Positions 1 through 11,141 of a DNA stretch of 64,000 bases are shown here, one piece after another. Source of the stretch: Lingula anatina (taxonomy: Eukaryota > Animalia > Brachiopoda). The position numbers and the translations under genes were made by a program. Below the pieces are notes generated by a model. The model worked only from the letters and a program-made list of their open reading frames with translations. It ran no database searches and was not told where the DNA came from. The first letter of the stretch is position 1, and each line of letters opens with the position of its first letter. Location of the stretch: contig CM120642.1 in assembly GCA_051362555.1 (NCBI GenBank), positions 29,574,001 to 29,638,000 on the forward strand. Direction: 5' to 3'.

Positions 1-1314
1 AACCCTATCGATTATTCCGAGTATCATCTTAGTCTAGTCGGCGAAAACGCTGATATAGTGAGTGTAAACTCGGAGGTATCAGAAGGGAGAAATAAGGCGG
101 ACCCCATAGCAATTAACAATCTCGTAGACGAAGTGAACTATCCAAGTTGTTTACTGAAATTGGACATAACTGATCTGGACATTCGAATGTTTGTGCCCCC
201 TTATGGATTGTTTGCAGCCCTGAAAATCCCCGTGGTTAGTTTAGGATGGAAAAATGCCAAAGATAAACCCCATGTCCAGGCATTAGCCTTCGCCATGATG
301 TCCAAGCTGAATTACCTCCCTTTCCTCTCCATCGTCGAATCAACGTACCCTCTCGGGCCTTTGAGCACCGACCGGAGGTGGAATGAAGCGCCGTCCGTGT
401 TCTGGGTCAGGGAAAGCTACTTAGAAAAGCGCCTCAAGCATTTGAAGAACGCCCCGCCTCCACCCGCCATGCAAAATGCCGAACCTAACAACTTCGACCC
501 ACAACCGCCCCAGGGACTAGGGGGATTCCAAGAACCCCCCAATCAGCGTTTTGCGCCTCAACCTCCCGAAGATTTGGGTCAGTACGAAAACAACCCCCAG
601 GAATTAGGGGGTAACCAAGACGTTCCACAAAATTTGGGTGATTACCAGGCTTACCCTGATCAACAACAGCAACTCCCATCTGGTGAAGAGCTTCGACAGA
701 TTCCCCAGCAAAGAATGGAGCCCCAAGTAATGAACCGACAGCAGATGGAGCCGCAAAGAAGACTCCCACAGCAAATGAATGCACAGCGATTCGAGCAACA
801 GCCACAAGGCAGAGTTAACGAGCCCGCTCAGGCAATGCATGCAGCAAGACTGCAAGCCCAGCAGGAAAGAATGCAAGCACCTCAACCGCAGCAGCTCCGT
901 CCCCAACACCCGGCACAGGGACGGCAACAGCCACTGGCCCATGCAGGACAAGGAGAGGCGTTCGGAAACAGACCGCCCGTTCCAGCGGCCCAGGGAATGG
1001 ATATGCCCATGGGGCAACAAGCCAGGGTACCGCCACGTGTCCCAGAAACAATGGGCCAACCCCAACAGTCACGTGGCCAAGAGGATACGCAGCAAACTGT
1101 TGGAAACCTTCAGCAACCTATTGACACGATACAAATCGGTACTGTAGATAAAGATGCACAACCTCCGGATGTGAGTGGTAAAAAATTGCGTCCCGGTAAA
1201 ATAAGCAAAAATACAGCCGCGTTCATAAAAAAGCAAGCAGATAATATGGATTTGGAACTGAGTCAAGAAATGAAAGACAGACTAAATGATGCCACTGATA
1301 ACGAAAGCACGTGA
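1..1314 (+). CDS. Terminal exon of a gene entering from the left edge; possible degenerate FkbM-like (Methyltransf_21) domain followed by a Gln/Pro-rich low-complexity tail
   Basis: Frame is open from base 1 (NPIDYSEYHLSLVGENADIV...) to TGA at 1312-1314. The pattern PIAINNLV..LLKLDITD..LFAALKIPVVSLGW..NYLPF..W..VFW resembles the C-terminal half of FkbM proteins (LDDL..LKIDVEG..LF..IP.I.MEW..GY.P). The rest is Q/P-rich. Confidence 0.6.
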   Translation, partial: NPIDYSEYHLSLVGENADIVSVNSEVSEGRNKADPIAINNLVDEVNYPSCLLKLDITDLDIRMFVPPYGLFAALKIPVVSLGWKNAKDKPHVQALAFAMMSKLNYLPFLSIVESTYPLGPLSTDRRWNEAPSVFWVRESYLEKRLKHLKNAPPPPAMQNAEPNNFDPQPPQGLGGFQEPPNQRFAPQPPEDLGQYENNPQELGGNQDVPQNLGDYQAYPDQQQQLPSGEELRQIPQQRMEPQVMNRQQMEPQRRLPQQMNAQRFEQQPQGRVNEPAQAMHAARLQAQQERMQAPQPQQLRPQHPAQGRQQPLAHAGQGEAFGNRPPVPAAQGMDMPMGQQARVPPRVPETMGQPQQSRGQEDTQQTVGNLQQPIDTIQIGTVDKDAQPPDVSGKKLRPGKISKNTAAFIKKQADNMDLELSQEMKDRLNDATDNEST

Positions 1315-1830
1315 AAGTGTGACAGAGTGACTGAAAAATCCTTCGCAACACCAGCGCAACCTGATCTCAGCAAAAGCAATGCACTGTATTTCTGCCAGCA
1401 CAATGCACCGTGTTAGGTAAATCACAAGCTAGGTTTACTATACACTCTAATATTGAGTAAAATTTATGTATACGTTTTTTCTAACAGTGTGACGTTGCGT
1501 AAGTTTGCGCTGATATGGACATTGAGATCTCAGTCTATGTTATTATAATGTAACCTAATTACAGTCTGTAATGTGCCGGGTTATGATGTAAGTTGTAAAA
1601 GATATTAACAAAAGGAATAGCTTCTATTTTCAGTTATTCCAGACACATTTGGACTATCATTAGCCTGTATTAACTGTTTGATAAAATTCTGAATCAGTTT
1701 GATGGGTTTTACTTTTTTAGAAATAAAGTACATAAATATTTAAAAATTTGGTGTCGCTGGTGAACTGAGAAATTTAGTAAGTTACTGTTTTTTCCTTACC
1801 CCAGGGAGTGCATCTTCTGTTATAACCCCG

Positions 1831-1833
<3 letters not shown>

Positions 1834-1864
<31 letters not shown>
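1834..1864. repeat. (CT)n microsatellite
   Basis: Seen directly. Confidence 0.95.
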
Positions 1865-1867
<3 letters not shown>

Positions 1868-1947
1868 CTCTGAATTGTTTAACGTTATTTCTGTAAAATT
1901 ATGCACAAAACCTCATGCAAGTACCGGTAGGCCTTAAAATGATGATG

Positions 1948-1998
<51 letters not shown>
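1948..1998. repeat. (TAA)n microsatellite
   Basis: Seen directly. Confidence 0.95.
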
Positions 1999-3004
1999 GG
2001 TTTTGTAGAAAAAAAGGAAGCACTGGGACTATAATATTATAGGCCGCCCGGTATATCCCCTAGTTAACCAGCAGGACAAACGTTAATCCCGAGGTGCCGC
2101 CACCGAGCAACCTAGCTTGCACTGATTTTAGATATTTTTTCAGATTGTCTTCTGAGACAACCTAATAGTGTGAGAGAAATTCCTTTCAAAGACAAAAACC
2201 TGGATAAACCTATAAATGCGACAATTTCTTGAATTTTGATTAGCAAATTCTCCATTTTCTCGGGATATTTAGTCATAGACCTTCCCTAAGCAAAATGGCA
2301 CATTTACGAACGCATAATGTTTTATCAATAGAACATTAACCTATTTATAGCCTTTAAAGCGATACATTGAATCCTTTTTCTGGACAGTAGTCTTTGTACT
2401 GGTAGGCCTAAATAGCGCTGTCAAAATCCATTGGGAAGGTCTAAAAATCTTTAATTTTTGCGGTAAGTCGCCCAGCTCTTTTATAAATGTGAAAAGGCCT
2501 TTCCTGAAATGTGCTATTGTTAAGCTGTGTCAGTCATGATAAATGATCGAAATGAGATGTGAATCGATGCTGTTTTCGCGGATAACTGGATCAGTAGGCT
2601 ACTGTAGCTACATATAACCACGCCCTTAATTTGCTTGAATCGCGTTCGATCAATATATAGTTAGGTCATGTCACTCTAGATGTGCTAGGAAGCTGTGTAA
2701 TATACAGTTATGTTTAAATGCTTTAAATTAAATCAATCTTTTCAAAGTGCATGATATTTTTTTATTTCATATCATTGTGCACTCATACACGTACATACGT
2801 ACTGTACGAGTAAATTTTTCATCTTAAAAACTTTACAAAGTCTTTAAAATAACAACATTTCATCTATAAAAATAATGCACAAATTAAAAAAGGTCTTGAA
2901 ATTTCTCTTTTCTTTTAACCAAGTCTCTTTATGAAATACAATTTACATGGATCTAAATGTTAACATGAAACTTTGATAAATTCTGATAAATTCATAAAGA
3001 TGAA

Positions 3005-3193
3005 GTCACATGACAATGTTAGTAACAGCCAATCAAAAACGGCGTCCTGGGCGGCCATATTGAACAGGTGCGCCGCCTTGTGACAACCTGACAGTGTTGT
3101 TTATATCGTATTTGACTTTTGAATGTGTCGCCCGCATTGTCCTTTAGATACTGAGGCAAAGAAGAGCACTGTAGTAAAGATGTGAAGGTGAGT
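3005..3193 (+). promoter_or_regulatory. Putative laminin promoter and non-coding first exon ending at 3187
   Basis: AGCCAATCA CCAAT box at 3027-3035, YY1-like GCGGCCATATTG at 3051-3062, a CpG-rich patch, and a consensus donor AAG|GTGAGT at 3187/3188. A matching acceptor TTTCAG ends at 4081, upstream of the ATG. Confidence 0.55.
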
Positions 3194-4143
3194 ATAAAGC
3201 ACCGCCAAGAAATTTGGACATTCTCTTCTTCTTAATATCTTTTTGATAAAATATTCTGCAGTTTCATAAAAATTCAAAATTCGATTCGGCGCTAGTTGCT
3301 TCACACTCGTCAGTGAAGGTACTTCTACTACTAGCTACCAGTACTACCACTGCGTGTCCAGTTGTATAAATGCTTGCCGTCTCAGGGCCATAATATAACA
3401 TTATCATCTCTCTATTGTGTTACTATTCTAGTGTAAGCTGTTTAGAAATGTTGAAGTACCCGGTATTTGATCAACGTTAGAGGACTGAGATACCACTACA
3501 TTGACTGCACAGTTAACTGTATTTTTAACACACCACTGCTACTTCATACTTACATAACTTTTTCATAGATGAAGTATGTATAGTGGGTGGCTTTACTGGG
3601 GTTAAAAACCGTTACATATGTGACTAAAATTGATGACTGCAATCTACCTTTTGAAACATTTCTCTGATACAGACCAAAGTTAATTAGCTGTTTTTAGCAC
3701 CCAACTTCCTTGTTGTTCATTTCAGTGTTCTCATCCCTGGATGTACCTGGCCTAAGGGCCAGGCATTTAAGGCACTCGTCTGGAATTCTTTCCTAGATTT
3801 TATTGTTAATTTCAAGTACAGAGCAGCATCCTTAGTCCTCACTGAGGCCATGCATTCACTATTTGTCAGTGTGAGATTTAAAAAAAAAACAAAAACAAAA
3901 AAAAACAAAAAAAAAAAAAAAAAAAAAAAACAAACAAACAAAAAAAAAAAACAACATAAGGTTAAATACTAGTACATATTGGTAACTGCTTGTTTTAATA
4001 CTTTGTAACCTTGAAACACAGTAAAGTCAAGTTAGATTTATTACTAGTTCGTAACATTAACTTCACATCTTTTCATTTCAGCTTTGACACAGTTCACAAA
4101 TAAGAGGTGATCGGTTAATACCAGCGGACCATAACTTACAACA

Positions 4144-4437
4144 ATGGAGCCATCACGCAATAAACCAAGATGGCAAAGTTCACCAAACTTCAGCGTAAAC
4201 TCACTGTACAAATTCATCAGACTTTGGCTGCTGCTCCTGATGTTCAACTCTGTGGAAAATCACAACTTTAATGTCCTTTATAACCCATGTTCGCATGTTG
4301 ACGAAGTCACTGGGATGACAGAATATTTGGCATGCCTTGGTGAACCAGAGGAGTTGACAAGGACAGCTTATTATAACTTGACATTGAGTTCTCCCAATGA
4401 CACTTGCGGAGACCCCCCAGAGATATTCTGTGGTCTG
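4144..4437 (+). CDS. Laminin coding exon 1 (signal peptide, LN start)
   Basis: ATG 4144; hydrophobic LWLLLLMF; donor CTG|GTAAGT, phase 0. Confidence 0.85.
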
Positions 4438-7400
4438 GTAAGTAGGGAATGTTAAAGAGCTTTTTGGGGGGTAAATTTTGAACAAATGTCTCTATGCATT
4501 TTTCGTCTCATTTCTTTTCATTAAGATTATTTTATGTGTTGTTTTTTTCTGCTTTAACTTTTATTTAGATTTATCTTTACTAAATGTGTTCTTTCTGCTT
4601 TACTTCTTTGCGCTTGATATTTTATTTGTAATGTAATTGTCTGAAACAACAGTTCTGAATTTATTAATTTTTTTGTTCAGTTTCTTTTAATTTAAAATCA
4701 ATGTTTCAGACAAAATTTAGTTATGAATAAGGCCAGATGGTGCGCACACAAAACTAGACTATAAATCATCAGCTGGATAAGTCAATAAAACTGATTGTAA
4801 ACCTCGACAGTTACGTCATCAATGATGTGTCTTACTCAGAAAATAGCACAACATGGACCTAGACCACAAGTTAAAATACAGTGACGTCACTCATTTTTTC
4901 AAACTTTAAAACTGAAGCAAAACAGGAAAGCTTGTTTTTTTATGTCAGATGTTTTCAGTGAAGTTAGTAGATGGAGTAGTTAAGTACTATTGAGAAGACT
5001 GGCTGTGTCCTATCTGTTATGTCACCCAGTTGTCATGGCTCTTAATTAAATCTACTTCACAATGTGTCTATTGATCATTTCCTACAATCACATGAAATAT
5101 TTACCCTTAATCACTTAGGAAATACCTGGCTAGCGTGTCTTTACCTTTGGTGGATTTTGTTTTGTTCCTTCCTGGTTTCTCTGGTTTAATCATAAAATAT
5201 TTAGAATATTTCCCCAATACCAAAATTATATTATAATGAAATGGCGAAGTTATTGTGTAGTTAAATAAGGGTTTAAGTCAATCAGAAATGGGATTTTCAT
5301 GTTTATACTCTCACTGCAGAGATCCTACAGTAACTTTTGTTTTATTTTTTAATTTTATATTTTTGTAAGAAGGTGCTTAACATTGCAGATGTTTCAATGT
5401 TAACTATAATCCTATAAACACCTCTGCTGCATGCTTACTGGTAGTCTCACTGTAAATAGTTTTTGTTACCTAATATTGTTGTTCTTATATTTGTATTCTG
5501 TTGTCACCGTGATGATTTCTTTATTTTGGAATTAATCAGTCCTTCAATAATTAATTCAACTTTCTCATACCCTTGTTTTCTACATCGATCTACCTGTTTT
5601 TTTTCTTTCTTTTCTTTTTTTTTTAAACTAAGCACAGGGCAAATTCATACGATATTCCACCCCACCTATTATAAAATTGATGATTACGTTCCTGGCTGGA
5701 CTTAAGAGGTCTGTTGGCCATAACAAAAAGCTGTCAGCTTAGATGGCTAGATTTACGTGAAGTTATAATATGATATGCCTCTATATAACATTCCCCTTGC
5801 TTTTGAAATCCTGCAAATCCAGGTGATTATCTGGGGGTTCAGCAGCTTTTGTATACTGTTGAAATAACGAGGCCTAGACCCTCAAGCATACCCAGGCAAC
5901 ATAAGATAACATGTTTTCGTACTACCAAACACATTGGTAAATAGGGTTTGTTTTAATTAAGAACATGTCCACCCCTATCCCCAACTCTGCAAGTTGCAGC
6001 ACTGGATGGTGTGAAAAACTGGAGGAGGACTGTATTAACTTTTATGATGGCTTTACATTTTCTTATTACATATTCACACACTTACAGAATCTGATATGTA
6101 TTTGATATATAAGGTGGAACTATATGGAATCCTTCTTGATGCTGTTTATAACTAATTTAAAGTAACTATAACTAAAAGGTGATTCTTTTTGTTTTGTGTT
6201 GAGAATGTAATGTTGACTGATATGTATTTTTGTTTACTAGTATTTAATTATAATTTGGTTCACAATATTTACAGTATCATCTATTTTGTATATTACATTT
6301 TTTTCAGAGACGAGGTTCAGCATGTGATTACTGCAATGCCAGCGACCCAGCTCGTGCTCACCCCCAAGAGTACATGGTTGACGCTGACAGCGAAAACACC
6401 TGGTGGCAATCTGTCACCTGGCAACGCCACCCACAACCCCTTCATATCAACATCACCTTCTCTTTTGGCAAACTCTTCGAGCTCAGCGATGACATCATCA
6501 TCAGATTTAATTCAGGGCGACCGCAGGAGATGGTCTTGGAAAAGTCAATCGATTTCGGGCGCACCTGGATGCCGTTGCAGTACTACGCCAGTAGCTGTCA
6601 GAAATACTTTAATCGTGGAGTGCCAAGGACGATAACCATGGCCAATCCAGATGCTGTAATATGTACAGAGGCGAACAGTGTTGTGATCCCTTACACTGGA
6701 GGAGAGGTGAAATTCTCCGTGACGGAGGACAGATTCAAATTGTTCCTCGGAAACACTCTTACAAATTACACCACTCTCTTTGAGTCCTTTAATGAGACAA
6801 ACTGGAATGTGTTTTTGAGATTGACAGATCTGAGAATAAGGCTGCTTTATCCTGCCACAGATGGGAATGAGCTCTTTCCTACAGACAATAACATATTTAG
6901 GAAGTATTACTATGCTATAGCTGATGTCTCTGTGACAGGAAGGTAAGCTGTCTTCTTCAGTTAGCCAGCTGTGGTACCATCTTATAGAGTTAATGGGCTA
7001 AATCTCTGTCATAAGTATTATTATGCTAAAGCTGATGTCTCTGTGACAGTTAGTTGAGTTGTCTCAGCCTGCTTTAGCTAACTTAGTTAGTTGTCTAAAA
7101 CTCTACCATAAATATGGATACAAATAGGCAGTGCCAATCTGTAGCTTACTATAATACTGACCATACAGCTTTCCAACATCAGCCAAGAAAACTAGAACTT
7201 TTTAATTAATGTTTTTTTTATAAAGTTGAATTAAATGTGAGTATTCAAAGCAAAACAATATTTTAGAGTGGCTGTTAATTGTTCATATACAAAATAAAGG
7301 TACTTGAGCTCTATGAAGTCTAAAAGATACACACACAGAACTTGCCCCAGCTTACTAGTATTTTATTTCATGCATCTCTTATACACTAAAATGTCTCTTT

Positions 7401-10400
7401 ATTCCTAACCCCCACAGGTGCTACTGTAATCTCCATGCCAAGTTTTGCCAGGTCCAGAATGGCCGCACTGTGTGTGACTGTCAACACAATACCGCGGGTG
7501 ACAACTGTGAGCACTGCCTGCCACTGTACAATGATAAACCCTGGAGACCAGGTTACTATCTCCCAGTGGACACGGGGTCCCCCAACCAGTGTCAGAGTAA
7601 GTGTACATACTAGTGTTTGTTTGATGCCAGTTTGTTTACCTGACTCATTGTCATATACTAAGTACAGGTAGACATTAGAATCAGAAATGCATGTGTTCTG
7701 CTGTCCTTGCTTTCCAGGGGCGGATTTAGGGCGTCTTCTGGGTCTTCCGGAAGACTGTCAGATTTTCAAGTTTACATTGACGGGTATCCATTTTTTTCTG
7801 TCGGAAGATGGTCAAAAATGACGAACGGATCAACAAAGATAATTTGGAAGACTGTCAGAAAATATCTCTGAATCCGCCCCTGCTTTCTCCTAGCACATGT
7901 CAGCAGGAGTGATATGATACCATGATCAATGCATCATATGTGCTGGGTATTCAGATAGTGCTGTCATATGCCATTCAGAACTGAATGATATCTCCCTAAG
8001 CTGGCTGAATTATTCAAAAGCTTTCCTACCCGTATTTTTAACATGAAATGCATGTCAACACACTGTGACACATAAAACACACAGCTTATGTGTATTGAAA
8101 ATCAATAGATTGCTGTGTGATCTTTCTGCTGTGGTATTAATCATGAGTTAAGGGCGGGGTTCTTAACGCAAATTGTGGCCACCAATATGCATTAAATTGT
8201 TTAATAAAAAAGATTACTGTATGTGTGTCATTTTTTGACATTTCATTATCAATTTGATGAAGATCATTTATGAAGTTATTTGAATGTCTTTAAAAGATAA
8301 ACATGGTGATATGAAGACATTGTGTTACTGTATAAAAAACAACATTGCTGCTGGTCTTGCATAACCCCAAAGTGGATAATTAATTTTGTAAAAAGTATAA
8401 ACTGAAAGGTTTATATTGAGACTTAAAAGTGCTAACTTCTATTATTAAGCCCCAGCTTGGAGAATTGACATATTTTTAACCAATATCTGCTGGATGTAAC
8501 TTTCAAAATTTTGAGCACTTGTAAAAACTAAATACTAGAGGCTGAACCATTATATTATTCACCGTCTATCATTTACTTTATATGAAATCAAATCTGCAGT
8601 TATGATCAGTTATTGCTGTTTGTGTGTAAACTGAAGACTCGTTTATGGAAACACATGTTGGAGCATTCAATGTGGCAGTTGTTTCCATTACAAGTATTTG
8701 TCATTTGCATATTATATTGAGTACTTAGCTGAATTATTGATGTCTCCTAACACACCTGCTGCACCAGTTAAAACATACATCAAGTCACATTTAGATTAAG
8801 ACATGAGTCAGTGATTTTGGTTCTTGCTTAGGATTCTCTTAAAGTATGTCTACTATGTATTGATTTAGCTACTTTTAATCCATGATCACTAAGGCCACAC
8901 TTTTTTATTTTTATGGATGACATCCTCTGGGTACCCCAAAATCGGTGCGAGAGGGCGAAAAAAAAAAAACAGTCCAAAAAAAAAAAAAACTGCTTAAGTA
9001 AAGGAATGCTGTCAGTACACAGCTGGAAACACAAATTTAACCACAGAAACACGTATCAAACTAACAATATGTCTTTATCCATGCTCTCAAAATATTAAAG
9101 CATTGTGAATACTTCGTAGAAATGTAAAAAAAAAGTCATGAATTGATATACTTCATATTACCAAATCTATTTAAGGTTATTTCATGCATTCATTTGGTAT
9201 AGCAATCAATAAAACAAATATCAATCAAACAGTGTGTCTTTATTTGTATTCTCAGAATATTAAAACATTTTGAACACTTCACAGAAATGTTTAAAAAATG
9301 ATGCAAAGATATGCTTAATACTACCAAATCTATTAAAGGTCATTTCAGACGATGCCATTTTGTCAACTTCAACTCACACAAAGCAGCTAAACTGTCAGGT
9401 GGCCTGTCCGACCTTCAGCCCACCAAATACCTCGACGCCCTTGTCGACCCTTTTTTCGCTACAGAAAACCTGGTATTAATGTGCTGCTTTATACAGAATG
9501 TCACAGAAATGTTTCGGCCGCCGCCAGCCTTTCGCACAATTGTAAAAAGGTGATATCTCCATGCCCAATATCAATGGCATACCAATCCAAAACGATGGCT
9601 CCCATTCTCTTTATGACTTTTATTGTTGTGTAATTTGAAAGTAATCCTAGAGATGAATTTGACAGCAAAGTGGCCGCATTTCCACGTGGCGAAAATACGC
9701 ATGCGCAGAAAGCTCATTTCCTTGCAAATTCAATAACAACGTTTGCGACAACCGACTTCGTTGGGGGCTGGGGGGGGGGCTTTTTTTTTTTTTTTTTTTG
9801 GAGAACGGGCGAAAATCCATGCGCGCGCAGGATGTCATCCATAAAATTAAAAAAGTGTGGCCTAACTGTAAAAACTGCCTGTGAACAAGGCGTCAGATAT
9901 TAACTCTGTTTTGCAAGAATGTTATTGACAGTTTGGTCTCTATTCTTTGTTTTTAATTTTATGCATCATATTGCAGATTTACAAATCTTATCTTCATTTA
10001 CATAATGTAATTTCAGAAAAAAAAAACCCAGTAAATTAAATAATTGATTATAATGATAGTATTAGTAAATGTTCAATAAATATACTGTTATCATTAAATT
10101 ATTTAATACAGATGAATCACGATAAAAGATTAAAATGATATTAACCTCAATAGCTCTGTAAAGGTGGAACAGATCGTATTTTGAAATATAGGTAAAATGT
10201 TTGTATTAATTTTTTATGCATAGAAATTATGACATAGAAACAACAAATGTTTCTTGTACCTTAAAATGAGGTTGGATAAATGAATATTTCTCTTTAACTG
10301 AAGTAGAAACAAATATATTAGCATCCACAATAATTTAAAAGTCATGCTTGATTTTCTCCAGAATGCAACTGTAATGACCACGCAGACAGCTGTACGTATC

Positions 10401-11077
10401 AGGGATCAGTTGGTGGTGGCGTCTGCGACAACTGCTATCACAACACCAGGGGGCGTTACTGTCATGAGTGTCAGATGGGATATTATCGTAATTTGTCGTT
10501 GCCTATGACGAGTGTCAATGCTTGTGCAGGTAGTGTGCCAGTGCCATGGGGTGTAATTATGTAATTGTTGATGAAAAATTTTATTCTGGGCTTAACTTCA
10601 CATATGATATGATTTTTACAGACTATATTTACATAATCTTTTTGATAAAGGTGGTGAATTGTTTTCACCTGTCAATTAATTTGTCCTTTATTTTGTATTT
10701 TATTTGCCTACTACACATTTTGTTCACAATAACCCCTATACATTAAACTTCTACATGTAAAATATCTGTCCTATTTATTTTCAAATTGCTAAAATTAAGT
10801 ACCAGTTAAGATTTTTATTCATGAAAAACAAACAAACATTTATTTCATTATTTTTAGCATGCAATTGTGAGGTCCTTGGTGTCAGGGATGGAAACCTGTA
10901 TTGCCTCCAGAGTGCTAGTAATAATCAGGTGATTGGTCAGTGTTTCTGCAAGGACAGAGTGACCAGCAGGAGGTGTGACATGTGTGTAGATGAATACTAC
11001 GGGTTGTTGCTGTCAGAACAACAGGGAACATGTAAAGGTGAGAGTAAGGAAAGAAACACACACACTCTCTCATGTAT

Positions 11078-11141
<64 letters not shown>

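Noticed and set aside
485-1266. Overlapping alternative-frame and antisense ORFs
   Set aside because: Shadows of the GC-richer Q/P-rich coding exon
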